Positions 24,196 through 36,602 of a DNA stretch of 64,000 nt are shown here, piece by piece (position 1 is the stretch's first letter; each line of letters begins with the position of its first letter). Made by a program: the position numbers and the translations under genes. Source of the stretch: Octopus sinensis (Eukaryota); the NCBI RefSeq assembly GCF_006345805.1, contig NC_042998.1, positions 23,684,001 through 23,748,000 of the forward strand. The letters are read 5' to 3'. The notes below the pieces were generated by a model. The model was not told where the DNA came from. It searched no databases and saw only the letters and a program-made list of their open reading frames with translations.

Positions 24196-24857
24196 CACAA
24201 TGAGAATATTTAGATAGCTTATAAGGATATTTTTTTCCAAGATACACTGGTTTAATAAATTGTATTTTGAAGAGATATTTCTTCAATGAGTATATTATGT
24301 AAAATATCACAAAATATCAGATATTATTATTAAGTTTGAGAACAGAGAGATCTAATGGCTATTAATTAATTTATTAATTAATTAACATATTCACCTACAA
24401 TTGTTTCATTTCACAACCGAAATTAAAACTGCAAAACATATATAAATATATAATCTTGCATTTTAAAATACCTTGGCTGGAAAATCATCAGGGTGCACAT
24501 AGGACAATACAAAGATTATAAATAACATGGGTGGCTTATTAGCAATTTAACAAATTAAAGGCAAATTTATAGACATCACTAAAGTGACAGGGGTGATAGG
24601 GTGGTACTGGCATTGCTAGAAATAAGAGTCAAAACAACCCATTAGGTGCAGTAAGAGACACTGATGGGAATTAAGATGCTCTGCATCAAAATTTGAAATC
24701 ACTAGTCATATGGCTATGCCTGCTCCCATAGGGAGCTTCATCTCCCTTGTTAGCTTATTGAGATAGTGCTCTAGTGGCTAATGAATCATTTTGACTCTTA
24801 TTTCTAGCAATTTCGGTACCACTTTGTACCCTCTGTCACTTTAGTGGGATCTATAAA

Positions 24858-24898
<41 letters not shown>

Positions 24899-24901
<3 letters not shown>

Positions 24902-25292
24902 CGCAGGAGTGGCTGTGTGGTAAGTAGCTTGCTTACCAGCCACATGGTTCTGGGTTCAGTCCCGCTGCGTGGCATCTTGGGCAAGTGTCTTCTGCTATAG
25001 CCGCGGGCCGACCAATGCCTTGTGAGTGGATTTGGTAGACGGAAACTGAAAGAAGCCCGTCGTATATATGTATATATATATGTATGTGTGAGTGTTTGTC
25101 CCCCTAGCATTGCTTGACAACCGATGCTGGTGTGTTTATGTCCCCGTCACTTAGCGGTTCAGCAAAAGAGACCGATAGAATAAGTACTGGGCTTACAAAG
25201 AATAAGTCCCGGGGCCGATTTGCTCGACTAAAGGCGGTGCTCCAGCATGGCCGCAGTCAAAATGACTGAAACAAGTAAAAGAGTAAAAGAGT
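24899..25292 (+). mobile_element. Family B SINE, full length
   Basis: Same structure as 16339-16750. Confidence 0.88.
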
Positions 25293-25563
25293 ACATATAT
25301 ATATATAGTTTATAGGAGGTAATGGTGTCATTGAGACCCAAAGGTGTCAGGTAATGCTGAATGAGTGCTATAGACAGACCATAGTTAAGTTCCAGATTCG
25401 GTGATTTTGTGAATAAGGGGTTCAACGTTGGTCATATGTCAGCGTGTGTATATAAGAATTTTTTGCGTAATGAGATAAAAAACCAAGGCTGAGTAGATAT
25501 TAGAATATTTATAGATAGAAAGTAATAGTTAAATTAACTATTACTTAACCATCCTCTCACAAC

Positions 25564-25615
25564 GTCTCCGATGAAGAGATATAATTAATAAACATCCTGG
25601 AAACAGCTGTAAGGC
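25564..25615 (+). ncRNA. Minimal type-I hammerhead ribozyme motif (family 1)
   Basis: gtct-CCGATGA...GAAACAGCTGTA-aggc. Confidence 0.6.
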
Positions 25616-25946
25616 TTTCTATCTATAAATGTTCTAATATCTACTTAGCCTTGTTTTTTTTTTATCTCATTACGCAAAAAATTCTTATGACCTTGAACCC
25701 ACAAGAGTAAACAAGAGAGACAGAGAAAGGCAGAAACAAGGAAAATGCTACTTATATTTGAACACCATACAAATATTATTTTAAAAAAACTTTTCTTTTA
25801 ATTTTTCTAAATTTAATTATTTAATAGTTATAGTTGAAAAGGTCCCAATTGACCAAACCGGTACTGAAATGTTCTTTATAAAATTATTTTAGCATTTTCT
25901 ATCTTGACTTGTTTTTTTCATATATATATATATATATAACGGGCAG

Positions 25947-26101
25947 GTTTACGAAAATAAACAAAAGACGAAGGCACGTTTATGAAAATAAACAAAAGAC
26001 GAAGGTACGTTTACAAAAATAAACAAAAGACGAAGGTAGGTTTACAAAAATAAACAAAAGACGAAGGTAGGTTTACAAAAATAAACAAAAGACGAAGGCA
26101 G
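25947..26101. repeat. 31-bp tandem repeat x5
   Basis: gtttacaaaaataaacaaaagacgaaggtag units. Confidence 0.93.
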
Positions 26102-26137
26102 GTGGAGTACAAACAAACAAATAGAAATAAAACAAGT

Positions 26138-26173
26138 CTTTTACGTTTCGAGCCTATGCTCTTCGACAGAAAG
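26138..26173 (-). ncRNA. Hammerhead-like motif with variant core (family 3)
   Basis: cttt-CTGTCGA-a-gagc-atag-gctc-GAAACGTA-aaag. Decayed copies at 50662-50697 (+) and ~31440-31472 (+). Confidence 0.5.
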
Positions 26174-27577
26174 ATACACAGAAAAGAAATAAGGAGAGAA
26201 AAAAATTGCGTGTAGGGGCTAATATGAGTACAGGGTGTGATGGGTAAATTGTCACCATTTTATATTCTCAATTTTGTGAATGCACATTGTGTGTTTTTGA
26301 TTTTGTTGACTGCACAGTATAGTGGGGTCAGTTGGGCACTGTCTGTGAGAAAAACAACACCATACTATAGTTACAAGGTCTGAAATTTGAGGGAGGTGTA
26401 TAGTCAATTACAACAACCCTAGTGTTCAACTGGTACTTATTTTATCAACCCCCGAAAGGATGAAAGGCAAAGTCAACCTCAGAAACAAAGTATAGAATAA
26501 TAGCCTTCATTTATTCCTGAAATATTTTTGTATCATTCTATATTTCGTTTTCCATATTGCTGCTCACTTATATTTTCTCCATTTCTTTCAATCAGCTTCC
26601 CTGTCGTTACTTATTTTCTCTGACATATCCTTACCCTTAAGTAATACCGATTCCAAACTTCATCATCTGCTATTTTCCTATTGAACTTTTCCATTGTATT
26701 CTTTGACCATTCCAGTTCCTATCCATCTCCATTCTCTCCTATTCATTTCCTCGCCTTTCTCTTACTCTCTTCTTATTCTTTCTTTCTTCCTTTTCTCTTT
26801 TTCTTATTTTCTTTTTCTTTGTTTACGTCTGTTTTTATTATTCCCTTTCCTTTTCTTTCATTTTCTTTCCTGTCACTCTTTCTCCCCTCCTTTATCCTAC
26901 TTTCTCTCCATTTCCATACTCTCCGACAAAGAAAACTATATATATATATAGATGTGCAAATACCATCAATTTCATTCATAATTTGCCTGAAGATCCTGTG
27001 TGCCTACAGGTGATACTCAAAACTCAGAGCAGTAAGAAACTGACTCAATCAGAATAAAAGGCATTTTTAATCTCTTCTATGGTATTGAGTACACTTTCTT
27101 CTGACACTTAACATTTAACACGTACACATCGTCATCCTCCTCATCGTTTAACGTCCGTTTTCCATGCTAGCATGTGTTGGACGGTTGGACCGGGGTCTGG
27201 GAAGCCAGGAGGCTGCACCAGGCTCCAGTCTGATCTGGCAGTGTTTCTACAGCTGGATGCCCTTCCTAACGCCAACAACATACACACATGCGTGCACACA
27301 TACACACATACACACACACTCATGTATACATATATGTTTGAGTAGATGTCATGTCAGGTCACTAGTGAGGATTCCCACAAGTGCTACTGGCAGCATGAGA
27401 TCCAGTACTATGCATTCTTTTATTTGTTTCAATCATTTCACTGTAGCCATGCTGGAGCACCACCTTTAGTCGAACAAATTGACCCCAGGACATATTCTTT
27501 GTAAGCCTAATACTTATTCTATCTGTCTCTTTTGGCGAACTGCTATGTTACGGGGGACTTAAACACACCAGCATCGG

Positions 27578-27994
27578 TTTTGAGAAGGACTGAGAGAGCA
27601 ATGGTGTGAGAAATGTGTGATGTGAAGCTGTTTTGGTAAGGGGAAGACTGAGGACTCGATGGGAATGCTGGGGTGGTTGGAGGAATCGATGGTATGGCTG
27701 GTAAGGGCGAATGGAGTGCGATGGTATGGGCATGTGTTGAAGAGGGATGAGGAGCATGTTTTGAGGAGGGTTCTTGAATTTGAGGTAAATGGACTGTGAA
27801 AGCAAGGTAGACCGAGGAAAACATGGAGGGGACAAGTGAAGGGGGAGATCGGAAGGGTTGGCTTGAGAAAGGAGGACACCCAAAACCGGGCGAGATGGCG
27901 AGATGGTGTGAGGGCGATTGCTATGGCATTGAGGTAGATCTTGCCGTCCCCATTTACAGGGACAACACCCGGATTTAAAACACTGGGTGATGAT
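27578..27994 (+). pseudogene. Decayed RTE-type LINE 3' end (third lineage), inserted in a family B SINE
   Basis: Manual translation NGVRWYGHVLKRDEEHVLRRVLEFEVNGL*KQGRPRKTWRGQVK...NRARWRDGVRAIA, short UTR, tgatgat tail. Confidence 0.85.
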
Positions 27995-28389
27995 ACATTA
28001 TTTACATTATTTACATTCGACGGATATTTGTTCTCATCTTGTTTGTTGTTAACACAATGTTTCGGCTGATATACCCTACTCCATATACCCACGGGCATAT
28101 GGCATAGTGGTCAAGAGCGCAGGCTACTAACCCCAAGATTCCGAGTTCGATTCCAAGCAGTGACCTGAACAATAACAATATTAATAACAACAACAACAAC
28201 AACAACAATAATAACATTGAAAAATACCTTAGGAATGAGAACCCAAGTTCGAAATTTCGCTTAGACACCTGATGAAGGCTGGAGGGTATATCAGCTGAAA
28301 TGTTGGGTTAACAACAAACAGGGTGAGGACAAATATCCCTTAAATGTAAATAATGTACATAATTCCTCATTTCTTAAATATAGAACTGT
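27995..28389 (+). mobile_element. tRNA-headed SINE-like element with hammerhead-like motif and inverted 3' tail
   Basis: Head 28093-28165 (tggcatagtgg, gagttcgattcc), (AAC)n, CTGATGA..GAAA core 28265-28308, inverted copy of its 3' ~80 bp at 27995-28077, flanking ACTGGGTGATGAT repeats. Confidence 0.72.
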
Positions 28390-28743
28390 ACTGGGTGATG
28401 ATGATGATAAATACAGATGACTGAACTGAACTGAACTACTGATACTTAGATAACCTAACACACAAACTATCAGTTAAGCAACTAAACTATAACTGACACA
28501 GAATCATTTAAAATTCATCAGATAAAAGGAAGTCAAGTAGATATCAGTTTTATCTTTATAAAAGAACATTCAACAACTAATTGACTGGCTTAAATTAACT
28601 TCAGAGTAAGAGTTTTCACTTATGGAGTAATTTGAAGTAATGGGGTTTCTGGGGTTAAAAAAAACCCCTCCATTATTGGTGTATGGTGGCTATTGTGGAT
28701 AAGGGAGGTAACTCTTTGTGAAGTAACATTCAGAACAGCATGA

Positions 28744-29030
28744 CATCATCATCACCATTTTGATGTCCGTTTTCCATGCTGGCATGGGTTGGATGCTTTG
28801 ACAGGAGCTGGTAAGCCAGAGAGTTGCACCAGGTTCTCGTCATTTGCTCTGGCATGGCTTCTACAACTGGGTGCCCTTCTTAATGCCAATCACCTTACAG
28901 AGTGGACTGAGTGCTTTTTATGTGGTATTAGCACAGGTGCTTTATATGTGGGACCAGCGCAAGTACTCTACATGTGGCACCAGAATGGTTGCTTTAAATG
29001 TGATACCAGCATAGGTGTTTTTTATGTGTC
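28744..29030 (-). mobile_element. Family A-related RTE 3' end, diverged
   Basis: catcatc..tccgttttccatgctggcatgggttgga core. Confidence 0.75.
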
Positions 29031-29031
29031 A

Positions 29032-29240
29032 CTGAAAAGTTCTTGGCTTTGGGTAAAAGAAAATACAGGAGAATCAGTTAATTATGGTTTTATTCAACAT
29101 ATTCCCCTCACAGATTCACACATTTATTGCAGCAGTCCTTCAGTTTTTCTAAGCCCTGTAAAAGAACTCAGAAGGTTGGGGCTCCAACCAAGCCCTTTGC
29201 AGTACCCTTAAAGTCAGGAACTTTTCAGCACCACCTTGTA
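29032..29240. mobile_element. Tc1/mariner-type MITE (left end clipped)
   Basis: ctgaaaagttc...gaacttttcagcaccaccttgTA; homologous to 61883-62278. Confidence 0.7.
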
Positions 29241-29417
29241 TATATCTCTGAATTATATAAATCATCACTCTCACTTTACTGAGCAGTCAGCACTCTATAA
29301 TTTGACTTCACTCAAAAAGACATCTATCTGCCTTATAGTGTGCTTTCCAAAGTGTCTCTACATACAGATATTAGCTACTATATGCTATCCTACAGCAGGA
29401 ATTCTCCTTTTAATGGA

Positions 29418-29835
29418 TATCATCATCATTATCGTTTAACATTCGTTTTCCATGCTGGCATGGGTTGGACAGTTTGACTGTGGTCTGGAAAGCCAGCTGC
29501 TGCACCAGGCTCCAGTCTGATCTGGCAATGTTTCTACAGCAAGATGCCCTTCCTAACAGCAACCAGAGTGTAGTGGGTGCATTTTATGTGCCACCGGTAC
29601 AGGAACCAGTCAGGCAGCCCTGGCATCAATCACGTTTGAATGGTGCTTTTTACATGCCACCAGCATGGGAGCCAGTCAAGGGCATTGGCATTGATCACGT
29701 TTGGATGGTGCATTTTACATGCCACTGGCATGGGAGCTCACTATGGAGCACTGGCCACAACTATGATTTTGTTTTACTTGACTCAACAGGTCTTCTCAAG
29801 CATATCATATCACCTGATGCATCAAAGGTACTTTT
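29418..29835 (-). mobile_element. Family A RTE 3' end
   Basis: Conserved terminus plus diverged units. Confidence 0.82.
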
Positions 29836-29875
29836 AAACGGGCCAGACATGCAACACAGAATTTATACAAAAGAA

Positions 29876-30369
29876 AAGAAGTGATTTTTAATTCTCAAAC
29901 GCAGGATAATGCTAATGATATAGCCTGAACAGGATACGCTGCCTCTCTTTTGCAGAAAAAAGATAGCCAGCCGCCAACACATTTTTCTGCAAAATTGTTT
30001 GTTCCTTCTTGAGCCACGCCTGGTTCATAGGGCCAGTTTCCTGGTTTCCTTGGCATATAGGTTCCTCACCTGAACCGGACACTGGTCTGTCGCAGGTGAG
30101 CTGCAAGATGCAAGAGGAAAGAGTGAGAGAAAGTTGTGGTGAGAGAAGTTCACTATTACCTTCTGCCGAGCCATGTGGAGCATAGGTTTTCACTTATAGA
30201 CACACACATCGCCCGGTCTGAGAGTCGAACCTGCGATCCCTCATCTGCGAGTCCACTGCTCTAACCACTAGGCCATGTGCCTCCACTTTCTGCAAAATAG
30301 GGGTAGCTTATCCTGTTCAGGCCATATTATTAGGATTATCCTGCATTTGAGAATTTAAAATCACTTCTT
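29876..30369. repeat. Fold-back (inverted-repeat) element interrupted by a SINE
   Basis: 29876-29960 is the reverse complement of ~30287-30369. Confidence 0.75.
29996..30286 (-). mobile_element. SINE with family E head and type-3 tail, 12-bp TSD TTTCTGCAAAAT
   Basis: TSD at 29984-29995 and 30287-30298; similar chimera at 56985-57285. Confidence 0.8.
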
Positions 30370-30807
30370 TAACTTTCTAAGACATCTCAATGATTCTAAA
30401 GCAAACTTCGTTTGTTTATATTCATCATAATTTGAATGTATACAAAATAATTTTAATACATATGGATGGTATGAACAGGCTTTAAATAATCCAAATCACT
30501 ACAATTGTTTCTGTGCATTCGTATCAGTTGATGATTGCTGAGTGTTTTACATGTAGTACACATTATTGTGTTAACATGACCCAACAATAGCTGTGTACCA
30601 AACATCTTCAGATGAGCAGCTTTGAGAGCAGTGTTCATTCCACATTCTTTCTTATTACCTGTGTACCCTAGGATAGGAGCATAGTGTGCTTGCATACCCA
30701 TGCTCAGGGTTAACATAGGTAATTGATACTGGTAGTAAGAATGGATATTCTTATCCCTTAGATGGATATTCCAACCGCAAACTCTGCTCACCTATATTTC
30801 TTATATA

Positions 30808-30884
<77 letters not shown>

Positions 30885-30906
30885 ATATATATTATATATA
30901 TATATA

Positions 30907-31266
30907 TCATCATCATCATCATTTAGCGTCCGCTTTCCATGCTAGCATGGGTTGGACGGTTCAACTGGGGTCTGTGAAGCCAGAAGGCTGCATCAGGCCC
31001 AGTCTGATCTGGCAGTGTTTCTACAGCTGGATGCCCTTCCTAATGCCAACCACTCCGTGAGTATAGTGGGTGCTTTTTACGTGCCACCCGCACAGGTGCT
31101 AGACGGAGCTGGCAAACGGCCACGAACGGATGGTGCTTTTATGTGCCACTGGCACGGGGGCCAGGCGAGGCTGGCAACGGACACGAACGGATGGTGCTTT
31201 TATGTGCCACCGGCACGGAGGCCAGTCGGGGCGGCACTGGCAACGGCCAGGATCGGATGGTTCGCT
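30907..31266 (-). mobile_element. Family A RTE 3' end
   Basis: Near-identical to 2430-2660 in reverse, about 3 units. Confidence 0.88.
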
Positions 31267-31579
31267 TAACCACATATATTATAATATTTGTAAAATTTTC
31301 ATGGTGGCCTTTTAATAAAATCATTAATGATTTTATCCTTTATTGTATAATTAAAATGTGTGTGTGTATTTGTGTATTTATTTCAGCAATGTAACTATGC
31401 ACGTGATTTCTTTTCCTTCTTTGAATTTTTCCTTTCACCTTTCTGCTGAAAAGCTATGCTCAAAATGTCTAACTCTCTCTTTTCACTGAGCGTCAAACTA
31501 ATAGACATTCCTTGTGCATGTTCCCTTGTTGTCCATTAATTTTATTATTCGTTTATTTGAACTGATTGTTTATTTGAAT

Positions 31580-31612
<33 letters not shown>

Positions 31613-31999
31613 AAACACACACACACACACAGACATATATGTATAATCACAAACAGGGAAGGAGAGAGGGAGAGAAAGAGAAGAAGAGAGAGAGAGAGAT
31701 TATTTTTGTGTAAGTCCCTTTTTTTTGTATGCTTTTTCGTATTGATGTATGCGCATATGAACTTGCATATCTATAAATGTGTGAATGTTTGGCTAATATA
31801 TGAGTAGGTTCAATATGTGTGAAGATAAATTTGAATGAATCAGATCATGCATGAGTGAATGACAAATGACTGTTAATATCAATACATTTTTAAAACAAGA
31901 GAACAAGTAAAATCTGGTTATAGATGCATACACTGTATTAGCAAAGGCTGTCATTATTTCCTTTATGAGTGTGTGTATATATATATATATACATATCAT

Positions 32000-32795
32000 C
32001 ATCATCATCATCAACATTATCATCATCATCATCAACATTATCGTCATCATCATCATTTAACGTCCGCTTTCCATGCTGGCATGGGTTGGACGGTTTCACT
32101 GGGGACTGGCAAGCCAGATGGCTGCACCAGGCTCTAATTTGACCTGGCAGAGTTTCTACAGCTGGATGCCCTTCCTAATGCCAACCACTCTGAGAGTGTA
32201 GTGGGTGCTTTTATGTGCCACCAGCACGAGGGCCAGTCAGACGGTACTGGCAATGGCCACACTCAAATGGCATTTTTTACGTGTTATCTGCACAGAAGCT
32301 AGTCCAGTGGCACTGGCAACGACCTTGATTGACTGTTGTTTTTTACATGCCACCGGCACAAGTGCTAGTAAGGCGACGCTGGTAACGATCATGCTTGAAC
32401 GGTGTTTTTTATGTGCCACCGGCACGGGGCCCTGTCATGCTCGGATGGTGCTCTTAGAACCACTTGCCTCAACAGGTCTTCGCAAGCAGAGTTTAGTGTT
32501 CAACGAAGGAAATGTATGCATAAGTGGGCTGGTTACACCACTGGCATAGGCCACGAGTTATGGTCTCACTTGGCTTGCCAGGTTTTCTCAAGCACAGCAT
32601 ATTTCCAAAGGTCTTAGTCGCTAGTCATCGCCTCAGTGAGGCCCAATGATTGAAGGTCGGGCTTCACCACCTCATCCCAGCTTTTCCTGGGTCTACCTCT
32701 TCCACAGGTTCCCTCAACCATTAGGGTGTGAAAAAGTGTCACACAGCTATCCTCATTCATTCGCACCATATGACCATACCAGCACAGTCGTCTCT

Positions 32796-32800
<5 letters not shown>
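32000..32800 (-). mobile_element. Family A RTE 3' fragment including decayed ORF C-terminus
   Basis: ERRLCWYGHMVRMNEDSC...GRGRPRKSWDEVVKPDLQSLGLTEAMTSD aligns with the end of the 621-aa ORF, followed by 3'UTR and tail. Confidence 0.9.
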
Positions 32801-32837
<37 letters not shown>

Positions 32838-33261
32838 ATTGAGGTAATCAGATCAGATGGTTCATATTTGTAGATATTTATTTATATATTACATTTTTTA
32901 CATATATATCATATCATTCGGATTAGCGCTTGCTCCCATTCTAGTGGGTTTTCAAATCTATATATATATGTATGTATGTATGTATATATGTATGTATGTA
33001 TGTATATATGTGCATGCACATACATGTATGTGCGTGTGTTTGTGTGTATGTACATATATATTTGTTTTAAAAGATTTGTTGTGTCAAGTTTTATTGATAT
33101 AAAATGCTTGGTCACTTTTAGCAGTTGTAATAATATTTTTCTGTTTAACAAAAAGTGCAAACTCATTCGAGAAGAAATTTATTGATGATTTCCCCCATTA
33201 TTTTGAATGAATGTGTCATTTTCTATCATTGATAAAACTGTCTTAATTATTCTTTTCTATT

Positions 33262-33633
33262 CTAGGCACAAGGCCTGGAATTTCTCGGGAGGGGGCTAGT
33301 TGATTAGATCTGGTATTTAATTTATCGACCCCGGAAAGATGAAAAGCAAAGTCGACCTCGGTGGAATTTGAACTCAGAATGTAAAAAGAGATGAAATACC
33401 TGTTTCTTTACTACCCACAAGGGGCTAAACACAGAGAGAACAAACAAACAAAGACAGACAAACGGATTAAGTCGATTATATCGACCCCAGTGCATAACTG
33501 GTACTTATTTAATTGACCCCGAAAGGATGAAAGGCAAAGTTGACCTCGGCGGAATTTGAACTCAGAACGTAGCAGCAGACGAAATACCGCTAAGCATTTC
33601 GCCTGGCATGCTAACGATTCTGCCAGCTCGCCG
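33262..33633 (-). mobile_element. Two adjacent family D SINEs
   Basis: Core present twice. Further copies at ~38370-38580 (-), 44355-44520 (+), 57340-57535 (-), 57978-58182 (+). Confidence 0.8.
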
Positions 33634-34209
33634 CTTTGTCTTAATTATTGACAACATAGATATGCTAGGTAGAAAATAAAATAGAAATTTTTTGCTTTGA
33701 TTCCAGTAAAGGTCTGGTGAAATCCATTGAGATTTGATAATGTCTGAGAAATAAAACAAGTGCTAATGAATGCCTAAGTTGTTTTGAGAAATAAATAATG
33801 CCAGGTAAGTGCTGTAAAATATTTGATGTATAAGAGCTTGTAGAATATACCTGGCAGTCCATCAGTTATGACAATACAGGTTTCAGCTGTTTCAATCAAC
33901 TGAATGACCTGCTCACGAAATTAATATGCAAGTGGTTGAGTACTCCACAGATGCACATACCCTTAATGTAGTTCTCAGCATAACACAGAATAGGACAAGG
34001 CTGTGTCTTTGAAATGCAGATACAACTCCCTGGACTGGAGCAACTTGGAATAAAGTGTCTTGCTCAAGGGCACGATATGGCACCGGGGAATTGAACTCAT
34101 GACCTTACGATCATAAGTTGTATCCCCTAACCACTGAGCCATGTGCTTTCACTATAAGTTTACAGAAAGGGAGAAGAAACCAAATGTGAAATGATGTGGA
34201 TTACTCCAT

Positions 34210-34882
34210 ATACTCTTTTACTCTTTTACTTGTTTCAGTCATTTGACTGCGACCATGCTGGAGCACCGCCTTTAGTCAAGCAAATCGACCCCAGAGTTTA
34301 TATATATATATACACACACACACACATATACAATGGGCTTCTTCCAGTTTCCATCTACCAAATCCACTCATAAGACTTTGGTCAACCCAAGTCTATAGTA
34401 GAAGACACTTGTCCAAGGTGCCATGCAGTGGGACTAAACCCAGGACCATGTGGTCAGTAAGCAAGCTACTTACCATACAGCTACTCCTGCACCTTTGGAT
34501 TGTATGAATTAAATAAAGAAATAAATGGTGCATGCCTATAACAATGTCTTTAGTATAAAGTGGTAGAAGCCCAAAGATGGGGAAAGGAAAATAACGTGGA
34601 TAGAATAAATCCAATTAAAATACAGGATGCATTTAAACTTTTTGATATTAACCCACTAAAGATTGCTCTGGTTCTATGACACAAATTTACCTTTCTAAAG
34701 TGTGGCTGTGTGGTAAATAGCTTGCTTACCAACCACATGGTTCTGGGTTCAGTGCCGCTGTGTGGCACCTTGGGCAAATTGTCTTCTACTATAGCCTCAG
34801 GACGACCAAAGCCTTGTGAGTGGATTTGGTAGACGGAAACTGAAAGAAGCCTGTCATATATATATATGTATAAATAAATAAA

Positions 34883-34921
<39 letters not shown>

Positions 34922-36020
34922 GTGTGTATGTTTGTGTGTCTGTGTTTGTCCCTCCAACATCTCTTGACAACCGATGCTGGTGTGTTTACGTCACCGTAAC
35001 TTAGCGGTTCGGCAAGAGAGATTGATAGAATAAATACTAGGCTTACAAAGAATAAGTCCTGGGGTTGATTTGCTCAACTAAAGGCGGTGTTCCAGCATGG
35101 CTGCAGTCAAAATGACTGAAACAAGTAAAAGAGTAAAAGAGTAAAGGAGTAAAATTGTATGCTAATTTTTTCCAAACACCAGCTTTATAATGAGAAAGTT
35201 TTTTTTTTACTAAATTCTTCATTATTTTAAAAAATGAACTGAAATGAAAGCATTTTATGTCAGCAAAAATAGACTAACAAAAGAGTTAAAGAAACCATTA
35301 ATTTGTTATTAGAGCTAATGTGCAGTTTATTAGAAGGTATATAAAGTAATGAAAGACAGAAGTGTAGATTTCTAGCTAAAGGTCATTTTTAAGAAGTCTG
35401 GAATAGAGTTAGATATAAATGAAGATATGAGACACAGGTAGAAAGTTCAAAGATATACTTGAAAGATTACACGAGTTGTAGAAAAATTATAAATTTAAAA
35501 TAGGTGTGAAAATGTATAAATTAAGCTGGCCAAAGATAAGAGCTAGGTAAAAAATATGAAAAAAGTACAGGTGTAAAACTAATTTCTTAATATAATCAGT
35601 ATAGGCATAGGAGTGGCTGTGTGGTAAGTAGCTTGCTTACCAACCACATGGTCCTGGGTTCATTCCCACTGCATGGCACCTTGGGCCAGTATCTTCTACT
35701 ATAGCCTCGGGCTGACCAAAGCCTTGTGAGTGGATTTGGTAGACGGAAACTGAAAGAAGCCCATCGTATATATGTATATATATATATGTATGTGCGTGTA
35801 TATGTTTGTGTGTCTGTGTTTGTCCCCCCCCCCCCATCACTTGACAACCAATATGCTGGTGCGTTTAAGTCCCCGTGACTTAGCGGTTTGGCAAAAGAGA
35901 TTGATAGAATAAGTACTAGGCTTCCAAAGAATAAGTCTTGGGGTTGATTTGCTCGACTAAAGGCGATGCTCCTGCATGGCTGCAGTCAAAATGACTGAAA
36001 CAAGTAAAAGAGTAAAAGAG
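34210..36020. mobile_element. Three family B SINEs (34210-34490 -, 34701-35150 +, 35604-36020 +)
   Basis: Shared head, core and tail sequences. Confidence 0.85.
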
Positions 36021-36602
36021 AAAAATAGTATATTTTCTTAAGCTTGGGTGTAGTTAATATTTAGGGATAAAACTTGGGGTGTGATAAAACTGTGAGGTAA
36101 ATGGTTTAGGTAAACTATTCATGTGAAATTAGGTAGGGTTCTCAATCATGGTGTGAATTAAGTTTCTACAGTTAAGCAGATTAGTAATAGACTAGAATCA
36201 GTAGCAACAAGGCAGGATATAACAGAGTATATTAAACTTAATAGATGAAGGCATGTGGTGTTAATTGGCTAGAATGTTGCGTTCATGATTGTATGATTGT
36301 GGTTTCAATTCCTGAATCAGGTGATACATTGTGTTCCTGAGAAGAACATTTCATTTCATGTTGCTCCAGGCCAGTCAACTGGCAAAAGGGAGCAATTCTG
36401 TGACGGATCAGCATCCTATCCTGGGTGTGTGTGAATTCATACACCGCAGAATTCAAGAAACCTGCCATATGAGCATATGGCTAGGGAAGGATCTTTGATC
36501 CTTTTGTTTGAAATATAATAGAGTACATAAATTTCGCATTTCTAAACTAACTATATGAACTATATTTGGAATACAAGATAATATAACAGATTTTACGTAT
36601 GA

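Noticed and set aside
27559-28098. 179-aa minus-strand ORF
   Set aside because: Antisense to the decayed RTE 3' fragment and crosses element boundaries.
28093-28165. tRNA gene calls for this and other A/B-box heads (families B, C, D, E)
   Set aside because: No complete acceptor stem or Pol III T-run terminator; each continues into a SINE body present in multiple copies.
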